Below are positions 39,273-48,867 of a stretch of 64,000 nt of DNA, piece by piece. Made by a program: the position numbers and the translations under genes. The notes under the pieces were generated by a model. It worked only from the letters and a program-made list of their open reading frames with translations, had not been told where the DNA came from and made no database searches. This stretch comes from Pseudomonadota bacterium (GTDB lineage Bacteria > Pseudomonadota > Alphaproteobacteria > Rhodobacterales > Rhodobacteraceae), in assembly GCA_039030615.1 (NCBI GenBank), contig JBCCDV010000010.1:55612-119611 (forward strand). Reading direction: 5' to 3'. Positions within the stretch are counted from its first letter, which is position 1. Each line of letters starts with the position of its first letter.

Positions 39273-39866
39273 ATGTACACCGTTGTCGGAACCCTCACGA
39301 GCCGCGCCTTTCGTGTGCTTTGGATGCTGGAAGAGCTTGGGCAACCCTACATCCAAATCGCCGCCAAGCCACAAAGCGAAGAGGTTCGTGCCCATAACGT
39401 GCACGGCAAAATTCCGGTTCTTTTGGACGAAGATCACGCGATCAGTGATTCAACTGCAATTGTCACCTATCTTGCGGATAAACACGGCGCGCTGAGTGCG
39501 CCAGCAGGAACTCTGGAGCGCGCGCAACAAGACGCGATGACCCAACGGATCCTTGACGAGTTCGACGCATGCCTATGGTCAGCAGCGCGCCACAGCTTCG
39601 TTTTGCCAGCGGAAAAGCGGGTGCCGGCAGTGAAAGAGACGCTCAAATGGGAGTTCGCCCGAGCCGAAACCGCATTGGTACATGACTTGCGAGACAAACC
39701 CTTTTTGATGGGCGAGCAGATCTCGGTTCCCGACATTATCCTGACGCACTGTCTTGGATGGGCCATTACCGCGAAATTCGGCATATCAGAGCCTGTTTTG
39801 TCTGAATATCTCAACCGGATGAAGGTGCGGGATGCCTATCAGCAGGCACGCGCGAAAGCGGCTTAG
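39273..39866 (+). CDS. Glutathione S-transferase family protein
   Basis: SRAFRVLWMLEELG, N..GKIPVL, DSTAI, FLMGE..SVPDI. Confidence 0.9.
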   Translation: MYTVVGTLTSRAFRVLWMLEELGQPYIQIAAKPQSEEVRAHNVHGKIPVLLDEDHAISDSTAIVTYLADKHGALSAPAGTLERAQQDAMTQRILDEFDACLWSAARHSFVLPAEKRVPAVKETLKWEFARAETALVHDLRDKPFLMGEQISVPDIILTHCLGWAITAKFGISEPVLSEYLNRMKVRDAYQQARAKAA

Positions 39867-41038
39867 CGCAATGCGTATCGTGCAGCCGCCTTGCCCGCCC
39901 AAGCGCCGGTCGCCAAGCATGCTGTGATCAGATAGCCACCTGTCGGCGCATCCCAATCGAGCATCTCACCAGCTGCAAATGTGCCAGGTCGTTGTTTCAA
40001 CATCAGATCGCGATTCATCGCGGCGCAGGTTAGACCCCCAACTGTTGAAATCGCTTGATCCAATGGCATCAACCCACGGTACGCAAGGGGCAGTTTTTTG
40101 ATCTTTGAGGCTAGCTCTTTCGGCGCCGGAAGCGGATGCAGCATTTCGTTCAATAGCCCAATCTTGGCAGGATCAAGCTTGAGCGTTTTGCGTAGATATG
40201 TCCCCATACTCATCTTGCCGCGCGACCTGCCAAGGCGTTTGACGACGGCATCTTCGGATAAGTCCGGTAGCAGATCGATAAACAAATCGGCACCGTCACG
40301 CAGTGCGGGCGTAACCGAGTAGACACCACCGCCTTCCAAGCCCGTTTTTGTGATCACAGCTTCGCCCCGGCTGATATATTCACCCGCTCGCAATGTAATA
40401 TTCTTGACCGGCGCACCAAAATTTCGCGCCATATGCTCGCTCCAATCAATCGCAAGACCCGTATTTGAGGGCGCGAAGTCTTTAACAGGGTGCCCGTCGC
40501 TTTGAACCGTCGACAACCACGCACCATTAGACCCTAACCTTGCCCAACTCCCACCTCCTAGCGCCAGAATAGTCACGTCTGCTTGCACCCTCGCGATACC
40601 CTCAGGCGTGTCGAAAACCGTTTCCGTACCTTCCCATCCCACCCAATTCCGGCGGGTCAGAAAGGCAACGTCCATCCCCTCCAGCCGCGCCATCCAAGCG
40701 CGCAAAAGAGGTGAGGCCTTCATGGCTTTGGGAAATATGCGCCCCGTGCTTCCGGTAAAGATCTCCTGACCGAGGTCTTCCGCCCAAGCCATCACTTCAG
40801 CCACACCGAACGCATCAAGCATAGGTTCGAGCCAAGCCGCGTCTGGCCCGTAGGAGCGCAAAAAGACCGCGTCTTTCTCGTCTTTCGTTAGGTTTAAGCC
40901 GGACTTTCCGGCCATCAAGAATTTGCGTCCGACGGAAGGTTTCTGGTCCATCACGGATACCGCCAAGCCCGCTTCGGCCATCACTTGTGCCGCCATCAGT
41001 CCTGCTGGACCTGCCCCGATGACGAGCGCGCTAGGCAC
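39863..41038 (-). CDS. HI0933/BaiN-like flavoprotein (TIGR03862-type)
   Basis: IGAGPAGL, GRKFLMAGKSGLNLT, GEMLDWDAPTGGYL. Confidence 0.88.
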   Translation of the reverse strand: MPSALVIGAGPAGLMAAQVMAEAGLAVSVMDQKPSVGRKFLMAGKSGLNLTKDEKDAVFLRSYGPDAAWLEPMLDAFGVAEVMAWAEDLGQEIFTGSTGRIFPKAMKASPLLRAWMARLEGMDVAFLTRRNWVGWEGTETVFDTPEGIARVQADVTILALGGGSWARLGSNGAWLSTVQSDGHPVKDFAPSNTGLAIDWSEHMARNFGAPVKNITLRAGEYISRGEAVITKTGLEGGGVYSVTPALRDGADLFIDLLPDLSEDAVVKRLGRSRGKMSMGTYLRKTLKLDPAKIGLLNEMLHPLPAPKELASKIKKLPLAYRGLMPLDQAISTVGGLTCAAMNRDLMLKQRPGTFAAGEMLDWDAPTGGYLITACLATGAWAGKAAARYALR

Positions 41039-41639
41039 GGATCATCCGTTTTATCGCCACAACATGGGTCTTTTCGGCGTCAAGGCAGTCCGCAGCCATC
41101 CGCTGCGCGGTCTCAATCAACGCCTCGGGCGCTGCGATACGATCAATGAGACCCCATGCCAGGGCTTCATCAGCCTCAATTCTCGCCCCCCCCATTAGGA
41201 TCATTTTTGCGCGTGCAGATCCGATCAATGCCGTAAGGCGTGGAGGATCGCTCGGTTGTGGTAAAAAACCCAATCTCATCACCGGATAAAAGATCTTTGC
41301 GCCGGGCACAGCAAGCCGCAGATCGCATGCCAATGCCATACCGCAGGCGCCGCCGGCCAGGCTGCCATTCAGCGCCGCAATACTTAACCCGCCGAAATCC
41401 GCAATCGTGCGTGATAGCTCTTCCCAAAGAGGACTCGTGGCAAGTCCCGCTTTTGCAGCCTCCAAATCCGCGCCAGCGCTAAAGACTTTGCCCTCCCCGG
41501 TGAGAATAAGCACCTTTCCCTCAAAGCCTTGAACGGCTTCGATGAGCCCCTCCAACATCTCTGCTGTCAGCGCGTTTGCCTTCTCAGGGCGGTTTAGGGT
41601 CAACGTTAGAAGGTCATCATCGCGGGTTTGATTGATCAT
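41031..41639 (-). CDS. Enoyl-CoA hydratase/isomerase family protein
   Basis: LNRPEKANAL, FSAGADL, AGGACGMALACD. Confidence 0.88.
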   Translation of the reverse strand: MINQTRDDDLLTLTLNRPEKANALTAEMLEGLIEAVQGFEGKVLILTGEGKVFSAGADLEAAKAGLATSPLWEELSRTIADFGGLSIAALNGSLAGGACGMALACDLRLAVPGAKIFYPVMRLGFLPQPSDPPRLTALIGSARAKMILMGGARIEADEALAWGLIDRIAAPEALIETAQRMAADCLDAEKTHVVAIKRMIRA

Positions 41640-41745
41640 CGGTTATACTTTCGAAACGGGCTTCAATCTAATCTGGCGCGCGCACCACTTGCACGTGCTG
41701 CTACAGGGGACTACCTCCCTTGCAACCGCAGTAAAAGGCCCCGCC

Positions 41746-43092
41746 ATGACGCTATCGCTTTCCGACCTTTCCGAAAACTTGCTTGGTTTGGCCAAAATGG
41801 CCGGCGCGGATGCCGCGGATGTGCTCGCTGTCGATGGCACGGCCGTATCAATCGATGTGCTAGGCGGCAAGCTTGAACACGCGGAACGCGCCGAAGGGGT
41901 CGATTTGGGCTTGCGCGTAATGATCGGGGACCGGCAAGCATGCGTGTCCTCCTCACTGATTGACGCCGATACCCTTAGCGAGATGGCCGAGCGCGCTGTA
42001 TTCATGGCGCGAGAAGCGCCCGAAGACCCCTTCATTGGCCTTGCGGATCCGGCGCAACTGTCGCCGCAGCGCGATGCAAGGGGGCTTGATTTGCATGACG
42101 CGAGCTCGGAGCCAGAAGCTTCAGCTTTGGAAGAAGATGCACAACGCGCTGAGGCCGCAGCACTTGGCATTGAGGGTGTTTCGCAAGTTCAGTCCGCCAG
42201 CGCGGGCTATAGTAGCCGGCGCATACAGCTTTCAACGTCGGGCGGGTTCAGCGGCGGCTATGAGCGTACGAGTCGGTCAATCTCATGCGTCGCAATCACG
42301 GGCGAAGGCACTGAGATGGAGCGCGACTATTACGGTGAAGGCCGGATTTACCAATCTGATTTGCCTGATCCGGAGACAGTTGGCCGGATCGCGGGTGAAC
42401 GCACTGTCGCACGCTCCGGTGCCCGAAAGCCAAAAACAGGCGCCTATCCTGTTGTCTTTGAAGAACGCGTCGCATCTTCATTGATTGGCCATCTTCTGAG
42501 TGCCGCAAATGGCGCGATGATCGCGCGGGGGTCAAGCTGGTTGAAGGACGCATTGGGAGAGGACGTTTTGCCCAAGGGTCTCAGTTTGACTGAAAACCCG
42601 TTGCGCCCGCGTGTTTCCGGCTCCCGGCCTTTTGACGGTGAAGGCTTGGCGACTGCTGAGCGCGCTATTGTAAGCGATGGTGTCTTGCAAGGTTGGACGC
42701 TTGACCTTGCCAATGCGCGCAAACTTGGGATGGAAAGCACTGCGAATGCCGCGCGTGGCTCGGGCGGTCCTCCATCTCCGTCGATATCAAATGTCGCCCT
42801 AACGCAGGGGGAACAGAGCCTCGCAGAGATGTTGAGCGACATGGGCACCGGGCTGCTGGTCACGTCTATGATCGGCTCAACGATCAATCCCAATACGGGC
42901 GACTATTCACGGGGTGCGTCGGGGTTTTGGATCGAAAACGGGGAACTCGCCTATCCGGTCAACGAATGTACGTTGGCAGGGAACCTACGCGACATGCTCA
43001 AAACCATCCGGCCCGCCAATGACGCCCGCACACATCTCAGCCGCGTCGTGCCAAGCTTGTCCGTTGAGGGTCTAATCCTTGCCGGGGACTGA
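41746..43092 (+). CDS. pmbA: TldD/PmbA-family protein (PmbA/TldE-like)
   Basis: GLRVMIG, SRPFDGEG, TGDYSRGASGFWIENGE. Start trimmed to MTLSLS. Confidence 0.85.
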   Translation: MTLSLSDLSENLLGLAKMAGADAADVLAVDGTAVSIDVLGGKLEHAERAEGVDLGLRVMIGDRQACVSSSLIDADTLSEMAERAVFMAREAPEDPFIGLADPAQLSPQRDARGLDLHDASSEPEASALEEDAQRAEAAALGIEGVSQVQSASAGYSSRRIQLSTSGGFSGGYERTSRSISCVAITGEGTEMERDYYGEGRIYQSDLPDPETVGRIAGERTVARSGARKPKTGAYPVVFEERVASSLIGHLLSAANGAMIARGSSWLKDALGEDVLPKGLSLTENPLRPRVSGSRPFDGEGLATAERAIVSDGVLQGWTLDLANARKLGMESTANAARGSGGPPSPSISNVALTQGEQSLAEMLSDMGTGLLVTSMIGSTINPNTGDYSRGASGFWIENGELAYPVNECTLAGNLRDMLKTIRPANDARTHLSRVVPSLSVEGLILAGD

Positions 43093-43864
43093 TGACCTAA
43101 GCCTTCTTTCAGAAGCGGCCCTTGCTGCAGCAGAGATCGGCAAGCGCTACTTCAAATCTGATCCCGAGGTTTGGGACAAATCGGGCGGCCAAGGCCCGGT
43201 CACTCAGGCTGATCTGGAAATCGACGCGATGCTCAAGGCGGAGCTTACCGCGGCACGGCCCGACTATGGCTGGTTGTCAGAGGAGACCGAAGATGACCTG
43301 TCGCGCCGATCCAACGAGCGCGTTTTTATCGTTGACCCGATTGACGGCACGCGTGCCTTCATCGCTGGTGAACGCAGTTGGTCGCACTCGCTTGCGATTG
43401 CAGAGGCCGGCGAGATTGTCGCCGCAGCGGTCCATGTTCCGATGATGGATAGGCTCTATACCGCCTCAAAACATGATATTTCGCGACTAAACGGCACATC
43501 TATCGAAACCACCATGGCAGTCGAAATTGATCAGGCGACTGTTCTTGCCGCTAAGCCAAATATGCAGCCAGAGTTCTGGAAAAACGGGACCCCGCCGCTC
43601 AAACGCCACTTTAGACCGTCGCTTGCCTACCGGCTCAGTCTGGTCGCGCAAGGACGTTTCGACGCAATGCTGACGCTACGCGATTGCTGGGAATGGGACA
43701 TTGCGGCGGGCGAACTTATTGTGCGCCAAGCAGGCGGGCAAGCGACCGACATGACCGGCGCGCCCCTGCGGTTTAACAATCAACGGCCCAAAACTGTCGG
43801 CTGTGTTGCAGCAGGCAAGCCCCTTCATACGCAAATCATCGACCGGCTTCGGCAGCCAGCCTAA
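43079..43864 (+). CDS. Inositol monophosphatase / 3'(2'),5'-bisphosphate nucleotidase CysQ family
   Basis: WLSEE, IVDPIDGT, WEWDIAAG motifs. Confidence 0.88.
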   Translation: MPGTDDLSLLSEAALAAAEIGKRYFKSDPEVWDKSGGQGPVTQADLEIDAMLKAELTAARPDYGWLSEETEDDLSRRSNERVFIVDPIDGTRAFIAGERSWSHSLAIAEAGEIVAAAVHVPMMDRLYTASKHDISRLNGTSIETTMAVEIDQATVLAAKPNMQPEFWKNGTPPLKRHFRPSLAYRLSLVAQGRFDAMLTLRDCWEWDIAAGELIVRQAGGQATDMTGAPLRFNNQRPKTVGCVAAGKPLHTQIIDRLRQPA

Positions 43865-43951
43865 GAAAGTGCAAAGCCGCGATCTAAGCCCCCTGTCGCG
43901 GCGTGGACCATTGCCCTATGGTCTCGGAAAACGACCACATGGAGACACCTC

Positions 43952-44194
43952 ATGGCACAACGGCTGCACCTGGTTTTCGGCGGCGAGCTGATCGACCCCA
44001 CCAAGAATGCGTTCAAAGATGTGGAGGCCATTGATATCATCGGCATGTTTCCGGATTACCAAACCGCGTATGACGCATGGAAATCTGCCGCGCAGCGCAC
44101 CGTTGATAACGCACATATGCGCTATTTCATCGCGCATATTCACCGCCTGCGGGACGAAGAAGAAGCGGCGAGCCCAACCGAAGAGCTCGATTAG
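43952..44194 (+). CDS. DUF4170-like small protein
   Basis: QRLHLVFGGEL...IGMFPDY..AYDAWKS.AQRTVDNAHMRYFI, preceded by GGAGA. Confidence 0.8.
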   Translation: MAQRLHLVFGGELIDPTKNAFKDVEAIDIIGMFPDYQTAYDAWKSAAQRTVDNAHMRYFIAHIHRLRDEEEAASPTEELD

Positions 44195-44197
44195 GGC

Positions 44198-45496
44198 ATG
44201 CCAATGAGCCTCTCACCTGGGCTCACGCTTTATCTTGCGCTCAGCGACCGCCTGCATGGCTTTGCCGAACGCAAACTGAGCGATCGTCTAGCCCGCGACA
44301 AAGAAGACGCGCAAAGAATCGACGAGCGGCGCGGTATCGCGTCGCAAGCGCGTCCAGCTGGTCTGCTTTTGTGGTTTCACGCGGCGTCAGTCGGCGAGTC
44401 ACTCTCGTTGATTAACCTCATCGAGCAAATCCACGACGACTTCCCAAATGTGAACACGCTGGTCACAACCGGTACGCGTACTTCGGCTGATTTGCTTGAA
44501 ACAAGGCTGCCGCCGGAAACGATTCATCAATTCGTTCCGCTCGATTTGCGCCTCTTTGTGCAACGCTTTCTCGATCATTGGCAGCCCGACATAGCTGTCT
44601 GGACAGAAAGTGAGCTTTGGCCATCGTTGATCACACTCACACGGCAACGTGGCACGGAGATGTTTTTGCTCAACGCCCGCATGTCGATGAAGTCGCATCA
44701 AAACTGGAGATGGCTGCCAGGGATTTCACGGGCGGTCTTGCGAAGCTTTGGAAAGATTTTCGTGCAGGATGATCAAACCGCTTTCCGCTTGCGACGGTTG
44801 GGTGCGCTGAGAGAAAACCTCGAGGTCACAGGTTCGCTCAAGGCTGCAAGCGGCGCCCTCCCGCACGACGAAGCTGAACGGCAGCGCCTTGTCGAGATTT
44901 TGAAAACCCGACCCGTTTGGCTGGCTGCATCGACCCACGCGGGTGAAGAGGATGCCGCCGCTGAGGCGCACCGGATCGCGCTTAGAACCTCCCACAGGCT
45001 GCTACTGATCCTGGCCCCGCGCCACCCTGAACGTGCGCCTGAGATTGCCGAGAAACTGCGCGCCGATGGATGGAACATTTGCGTGCGCTCGGAAGGTCGC
45101 GACCCGGACCCATCCACACAAATTTTCCTTGCAGACACGATGGGAGAAATGGGTCTGTGGTATCGCCTTGCACCAGTGTGTTTTCTGGGCGGATCGCTTG
45201 CCCAGATTGGCGGGCACAACCCATTTGAGCCTGCGGCTTTGGGCTCAGCCATCCTGCACGGACCCCATGTGGACAGCGCACGAGAAATTTTCAGCCGTCT
45301 TGATGAAGGCATGGCCGCGCGGCTTGTGCGCTCCGCCGCGGAACTTGGTGAAGAGGTCGTTGACCTTTTAGAGCCCAACAAGGCCGCAAAGCTTGCACAT
45401 GCCGCATGGGAGGTTACATCAAGCGGTGCGGGCGCGACGGAACGCGCCTTTGGCCATATCGCTGATCTGATAGACAGCGTCGAGGTACGCAAGTGA
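44198..45496 (+). CDS. waaA: 3-deoxy-D-manno-octulosonic acid transferase
   Basis: WFHAASVGE, ESELWP, PRHPER, DTMGEM, GGHNPFEP. Confidence 0.93.
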   Translation: MPMSLSPGLTLYLALSDRLHGFAERKLSDRLARDKEDAQRIDERRGIASQARPAGLLLWFHAASVGESLSLINLIEQIHDDFPNVNTLVTTGTRTSADLLETRLPPETIHQFVPLDLRLFVQRFLDHWQPDIAVWTESELWPSLITLTRQRGTEMFLLNARMSMKSHQNWRWLPGISRAVLRSFGKIFVQDDQTAFRLRRLGALRENLEVTGSLKAASGALPHDEAERQRLVEILKTRPVWLAASTHAGEEDAAAEAHRIALRTSHRLLLILAPRHPERAPEIAEKLRADGWNICVRSEGRDPDPSTQIFLADTMGEMGLWYRLAPVCFLGGSLAQIGGHNPFEPAALGSAILHGPHVDSAREIFSRLDEGMAARLVRSAAELGEEVVDLLEPNKAAKLAHAAWEVTSSGAGATERAFGHIADLIDSVEVRK

Positions 45497-46470
45497 AGGC
45501 CCCTGATTTTTGGTTTCGTCCGAAAGGATGGCAAGCCCGCGCCTTGACCCCACTTTCAAAGCTTTACGCCGCCGCGACCGCGCGTAGGTTGCGCAATGGA
45601 AAACCACTTAAACTGGGTATTCCGGTTATCTGCGTCGGAAATATCAATGCTGGCGGAACGGGGAAGACGCCTACGACAATTGCGCTGGCTGAACGCATCA
45701 TCGCGCGCGGGAAGGCACCCCATATCATCAGCCGGGGTTATGGCGGCAGCCTTGAAGGTCCCGTACGCGTTGACGAACGCACGCATACCGCAACCGAGGT
45801 CGGGGATGAGCCGTTGCTTCTTTCGGCCTTCGCGCCGGTCTGGGTTGCCAAAGACCGGGCCGCCGGGGCGAAATGCGCGGCAGCTGCAGGCGCAGACATG
45901 GTTTTGCTCGATGACGGCCACCAGAATCCGGCTCTAATAAAGGATGTTTCGATTGTCGTGGCTGACGCGGCGCGCGGCTTTGGCAATGGATGTGTTCTGC
46001 CCGCGGGGCCCTTGCGCGAGCCTGCTGAGGTTGGTCTCGCACGTGCAGATGCACTTCTGAAGATCGGGACGTCTAAGGCGCAAGCGCGGTTTTCTGGGCT
46101 GCACCACATTCCCGATACTTTGCCCCATATCGCTGGCCAGCTTCGTCCCCTTCAAACGGGTATGGACTGGGATGGATTGCGCGTCCTTGCTTTCGCAGGC
46201 ATCGGCATGCCTGAAAAGTTCTTCGCGACGCTCAGCAGCCTCGGCGCTGATATCGCGAAGAAAGAGCCGCTTGATGACCATCAACCACTATCTGACGCCC
46301 TGCTTACGCGCCTCGCCTCCGAGGCGGCGGCACTAAACGCGCAGCTTGTCACAACAGAAAAGGACGCGGTGCGCATGCCCGCGTCCTTCAGATCTCAGGT
46401 CCTGACCGTGCCCGTGCGCTTGCAGATCGAGGATTGGAGCGCTTTGGACGCCCTTCTCGACCAGGTTTAA
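45493..46470 (+). CDS. lpxK: Tetraacyldisaccharide 4'-kinase
   Basis: VGNINAGGTGKTP, SRGYGG, GDEPLLL, DDGHQ, TTEKDAVR. Confidence 0.94.
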   Translation: MKAPDFWFRPKGWQARALTPLSKLYAAATARRLRNGKPLKLGIPVICVGNINAGGTGKTPTTIALAERIIARGKAPHIISRGYGGSLEGPVRVDERTHTATEVGDEPLLLSAFAPVWVAKDRAAGAKCAAAAGADMVLLDDGHQNPALIKDVSIVVADAARGFGNGCVLPAGPLREPAEVGLARADALLKIGTSKAQARFSGLHHIPDTLPHIAGQLRPLQTGMDWDGLRVLAFAGIGMPEKFFATLSSLGADIAKKEPLDDHQPLSDALLTRLASEAAALNAQLVTTEKDAVRMPASFRSQVLTVPVRLQIEDWSALDALLDQV

Positions 46471-47129
46471 AGCATGCTGTCGAGCAGCTCTTGTAGTTCT
46501 GGGTAGGCCATATTCCCCTGCAGCTCACCGTTAATGACGAAGCTTGGGGTGGCGCGCACGCCATCGGCCTCAGCGTTTTGCTGATAGAGCGCCATCATCG
46601 CGCGGGCTTTTTCACCGTCTTGCAAACAAGCATCCAATTGGGCATCGGTCATACCGGCAAGTTTGCCCATTTTTTTCAGGTTAGCGGCCACTTGCGCAGG
46701 CGCGCCTTGGGTCCAGCTGCTTTGGTTTTCGTAGATCATGTCGATCATGCCAAAAAACCGTTCCTGCCCGCCACAGCGCGCGGTCATACCGGCCCAAAGG
46801 CCCGGTCCATCAAAATAAACTTCGCGGTAGACGAAACGTACTTTTCCAGTATCGATGAAATCCGCCTTTAGCTGCGGGAACACGTCTTTGTGGAACCGCT
46901 GGCAATGCGGGCAGGTGTAGGACGCGTATTCTATAAAGGTGATCGGTGCGTCCTCGGCCCCCATGGCCATTTCCTGCACCAAGCTCAGGTCAATCTCGGC
47001 ATCATCGGTGGTCTGCGCTTGGGCTGCCGCGCTTGGAAGCTCCAAGCTGGCCGGGCGTTCCACGATCATAAAGCCGACAATAGCTGCTACCAGGATTACG
47101 GCCCCAGAGAGTATCGTGTTGCGGTTCAT
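46467..47129 (-). CDS. DsbA-family thioredoxin-fold protein
   Basis: EYASYTCPHC active site, cis-Pro motif ATPSF, N-terminal anchor. Confidence 0.9.
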   Translation of the reverse strand: MNRNTILSGAVILVAAIVGFMIVERPASLELPSAAAQAQTTDDAEIDLSLVQEMAMGAEDAPITFIEYASYTCPHCQRFHKDVFPQLKADFIDTGKVRFVYREVYFDGPGLWAGMTARCGGQERFFGMIDMIYENQSSWTQGAPAQVAANLKKMGKLAGMTDAQLDACLQDGEKARAMMALYQQNAEADGVRATPSFVINGELQGNMAYPELQELLDSML

Positions 47130-47130
47130 T

Positions 47131-47676
47131 CTAGTTCCCTTCTTTCGCGCCTTGGCGCTTTAAAAAATTTTGCGCAAGCGCGTCCAGCGCCTGTTTTAGC
47201 CCTTCATCCTGGGCCCCCTCCACCATTTCAGCGGAGGCTTGTTTGATCTTTTCGCTCACCGGCGGCGCTTGAGGCACTGGTGCATGTTCGAACCGAGCGC
47301 GCCCCTCATGAAAGCCTACAGGCGCGGTTTGCGTGATCGCGACACGGCTTATGGCCGAATAGCCATAGCACGCGTTCACCCTTTCGCGAATCTGGGGAAG
47401 TTGCATCTGGACCATCGGTGCATTGGCGCCTGTAACCAAGATCGTCAGCGTCGCGCCAAATCCGTCCCGGGAGTACCCCATTTTTACCGGCGTCGCCAAT
47501 TTCGCCAGGTCGGGGCCGGCGATCTCTTCCCAGTGGGTGAGGAGACGCATAACAGCAAAACCGCGCTTTTCACCGGCCATTTTGACTGGTGTCTTGATAA
47601 GCCCAGACATCGCAGCAAAGCCGCGGCCGCGCCTTGGCGCGCGTTTTGATTTCGCGTATGTTTGCTTGGTCGCCAT
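47131..47676 (-). CDS. DUF721 (DciA-like) protein
   Basis: RLLTHWEEIAG, L.ILV.G..AP.VQ...I.ERVN..YGY. Sits between dsbA and mutY. Confidence 0.78.
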   Translation of the reverse strand: MATKQTYAKSKRAPRRGRGFAAMSGLIKTPVKMAGEKRGFAVMRLLTHWEEIAGPDLAKLATPVKMGYSRDGFGATLTILVTGANAPMVQMQLPQIRERVNACYGYSAISRVAITQTAPVGFHEGRARFEHAPVPQAPPVSEKIKQASAEMVEGAQDEGLKQALDALAQNFLKRQGAKEGN

Positions 47677-47758
47677 GCTGTCCTTTCGCCTCTCCCTTCC
47701 TATAGTACCGGTCACCCCGCTGTGAAGCACCCGAACTGCGATAACGGAATGATAAACT

Positions 47759-48811
47759 TTGCGTGAAGCCGCCGCCTCTGAAAGCTTGCTCGACTGGTAT
47801 GACGCCAACGCGCGCAAAATGCCCTGGCGGATTCCGCCTGCAGAGAAGCAAGCAGGTGTCGCGCCGAATCCATATCACGTTTGGTTGTCCGAAATTATGC
47901 TGCAGCAAACGACTGTCGCGGCGGTGCGTGATTATTTTGTGAAATTCATCACAATATGGCCCTCAGTCGCTGACCTCGCCGCTGCCGAGGATGCGGATGT
48001 CATGGCCGCCTGGGCCGGTCTTGGCTACTATGCGCGTGCGCGAAACCTGTTGAAATGCGCCCGCGCCGTCGTTGCAAACCACAATGGTATCTTTCCACAG
48101 ACGGAAGACGCGCTTCAAAAGCTGCCAGGTATCGGGCCCTACACATCGGCCGCCATCGCTTCTATCGCGTTTGATCAACAAGCCACCGTGGTTGATGGCA
48201 ATGTCGAGCGGGTTATGTCCCGTCTTTTTGCGGTCGAGGTGCCTTTGCCGACTTCAAAACCCGAACTTACGAGATACGCGACGCAGCTGACCCCGACCGC
48301 GCGGCAGGGCGATTACAATCAGGCGGTCATGGATCTGGGCGCCACGATTTGCACCCCCCGATCACCCGCCTGCGGTATCTGCCCGTGGCGCGACCCGTGC
48401 CGTGCGCGCATCGAAGGTATTGCCGCCGAGTTGCCCAAAAAGCTTCCCAAAAAAGTGAAACCGACACGGCACGGTATCGCCTATGTCGCGCGCCGATCGG
48501 ATGGCGCGTGGCTCTTGGAGACGCGCCCGGAAAAAGGCCTCCTGGGCGGGATGCTTGGGTGGCCCGGCTCAGACTGGGGCGATGCGCCGCAACCCAACCC
48601 GCCGCTAAAGGCCAATTGGCAAGAGGCCGGAATGGAGGTGCGCCATACCTTCACCCATTTTCATCTAAGACTCCAAATTATGGTCAGTTGGGCAGAAACA
48701 GAGCCTATTCTCGGTCGTTTCGTGCCCCATGATCAGTTCAGCCCGGCCAGCCTGCCGACGGTTATGCGCAAGGTTTATGACGCAGCGTCGCCATTGCTCG
48801 CCCTGAATTGA
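47759..48811 (+). CDS. mutY: A/G-specific adenine glycosylase
   Basis: SEIMLQQT, GLGYYARARN, LPGIGPYT, VDGNV, [4Fe-4S] motif C.PRSPACGICP...C. Confidence 0.95.
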   Translation: MREAAASESLLDWYDANARKMPWRIPPAEKQAGVAPNPYHVWLSEIMLQQTTVAAVRDYFVKFITIWPSVADLAAAEDADVMAAWAGLGYYARARNLLKCARAVVANHNGIFPQTEDALQKLPGIGPYTSAAIASIAFDQQATVVDGNVERVMSRLFAVEVPLPTSKPELTRYATQLTPTARQGDYNQAVMDLGATICTPRSPACGICPWRDPCRARIEGIAAELPKKLPKKVKPTRHGIAYVARRSDGAWLLETRPEKGLLGGMLGWPGSDWGDAPQPNPPLKANWQEAGMEVRHTFTHFHLRLQIMVSWAETEPILGRFVPHDQFSPASLPTVMRKVYDAASPLLALN

Positions 48812-48867
48812 GCACATTGCGGGCTTAAGCTATCCTTTCCTTTAAAAGGGGTAGCTAGATCACGACT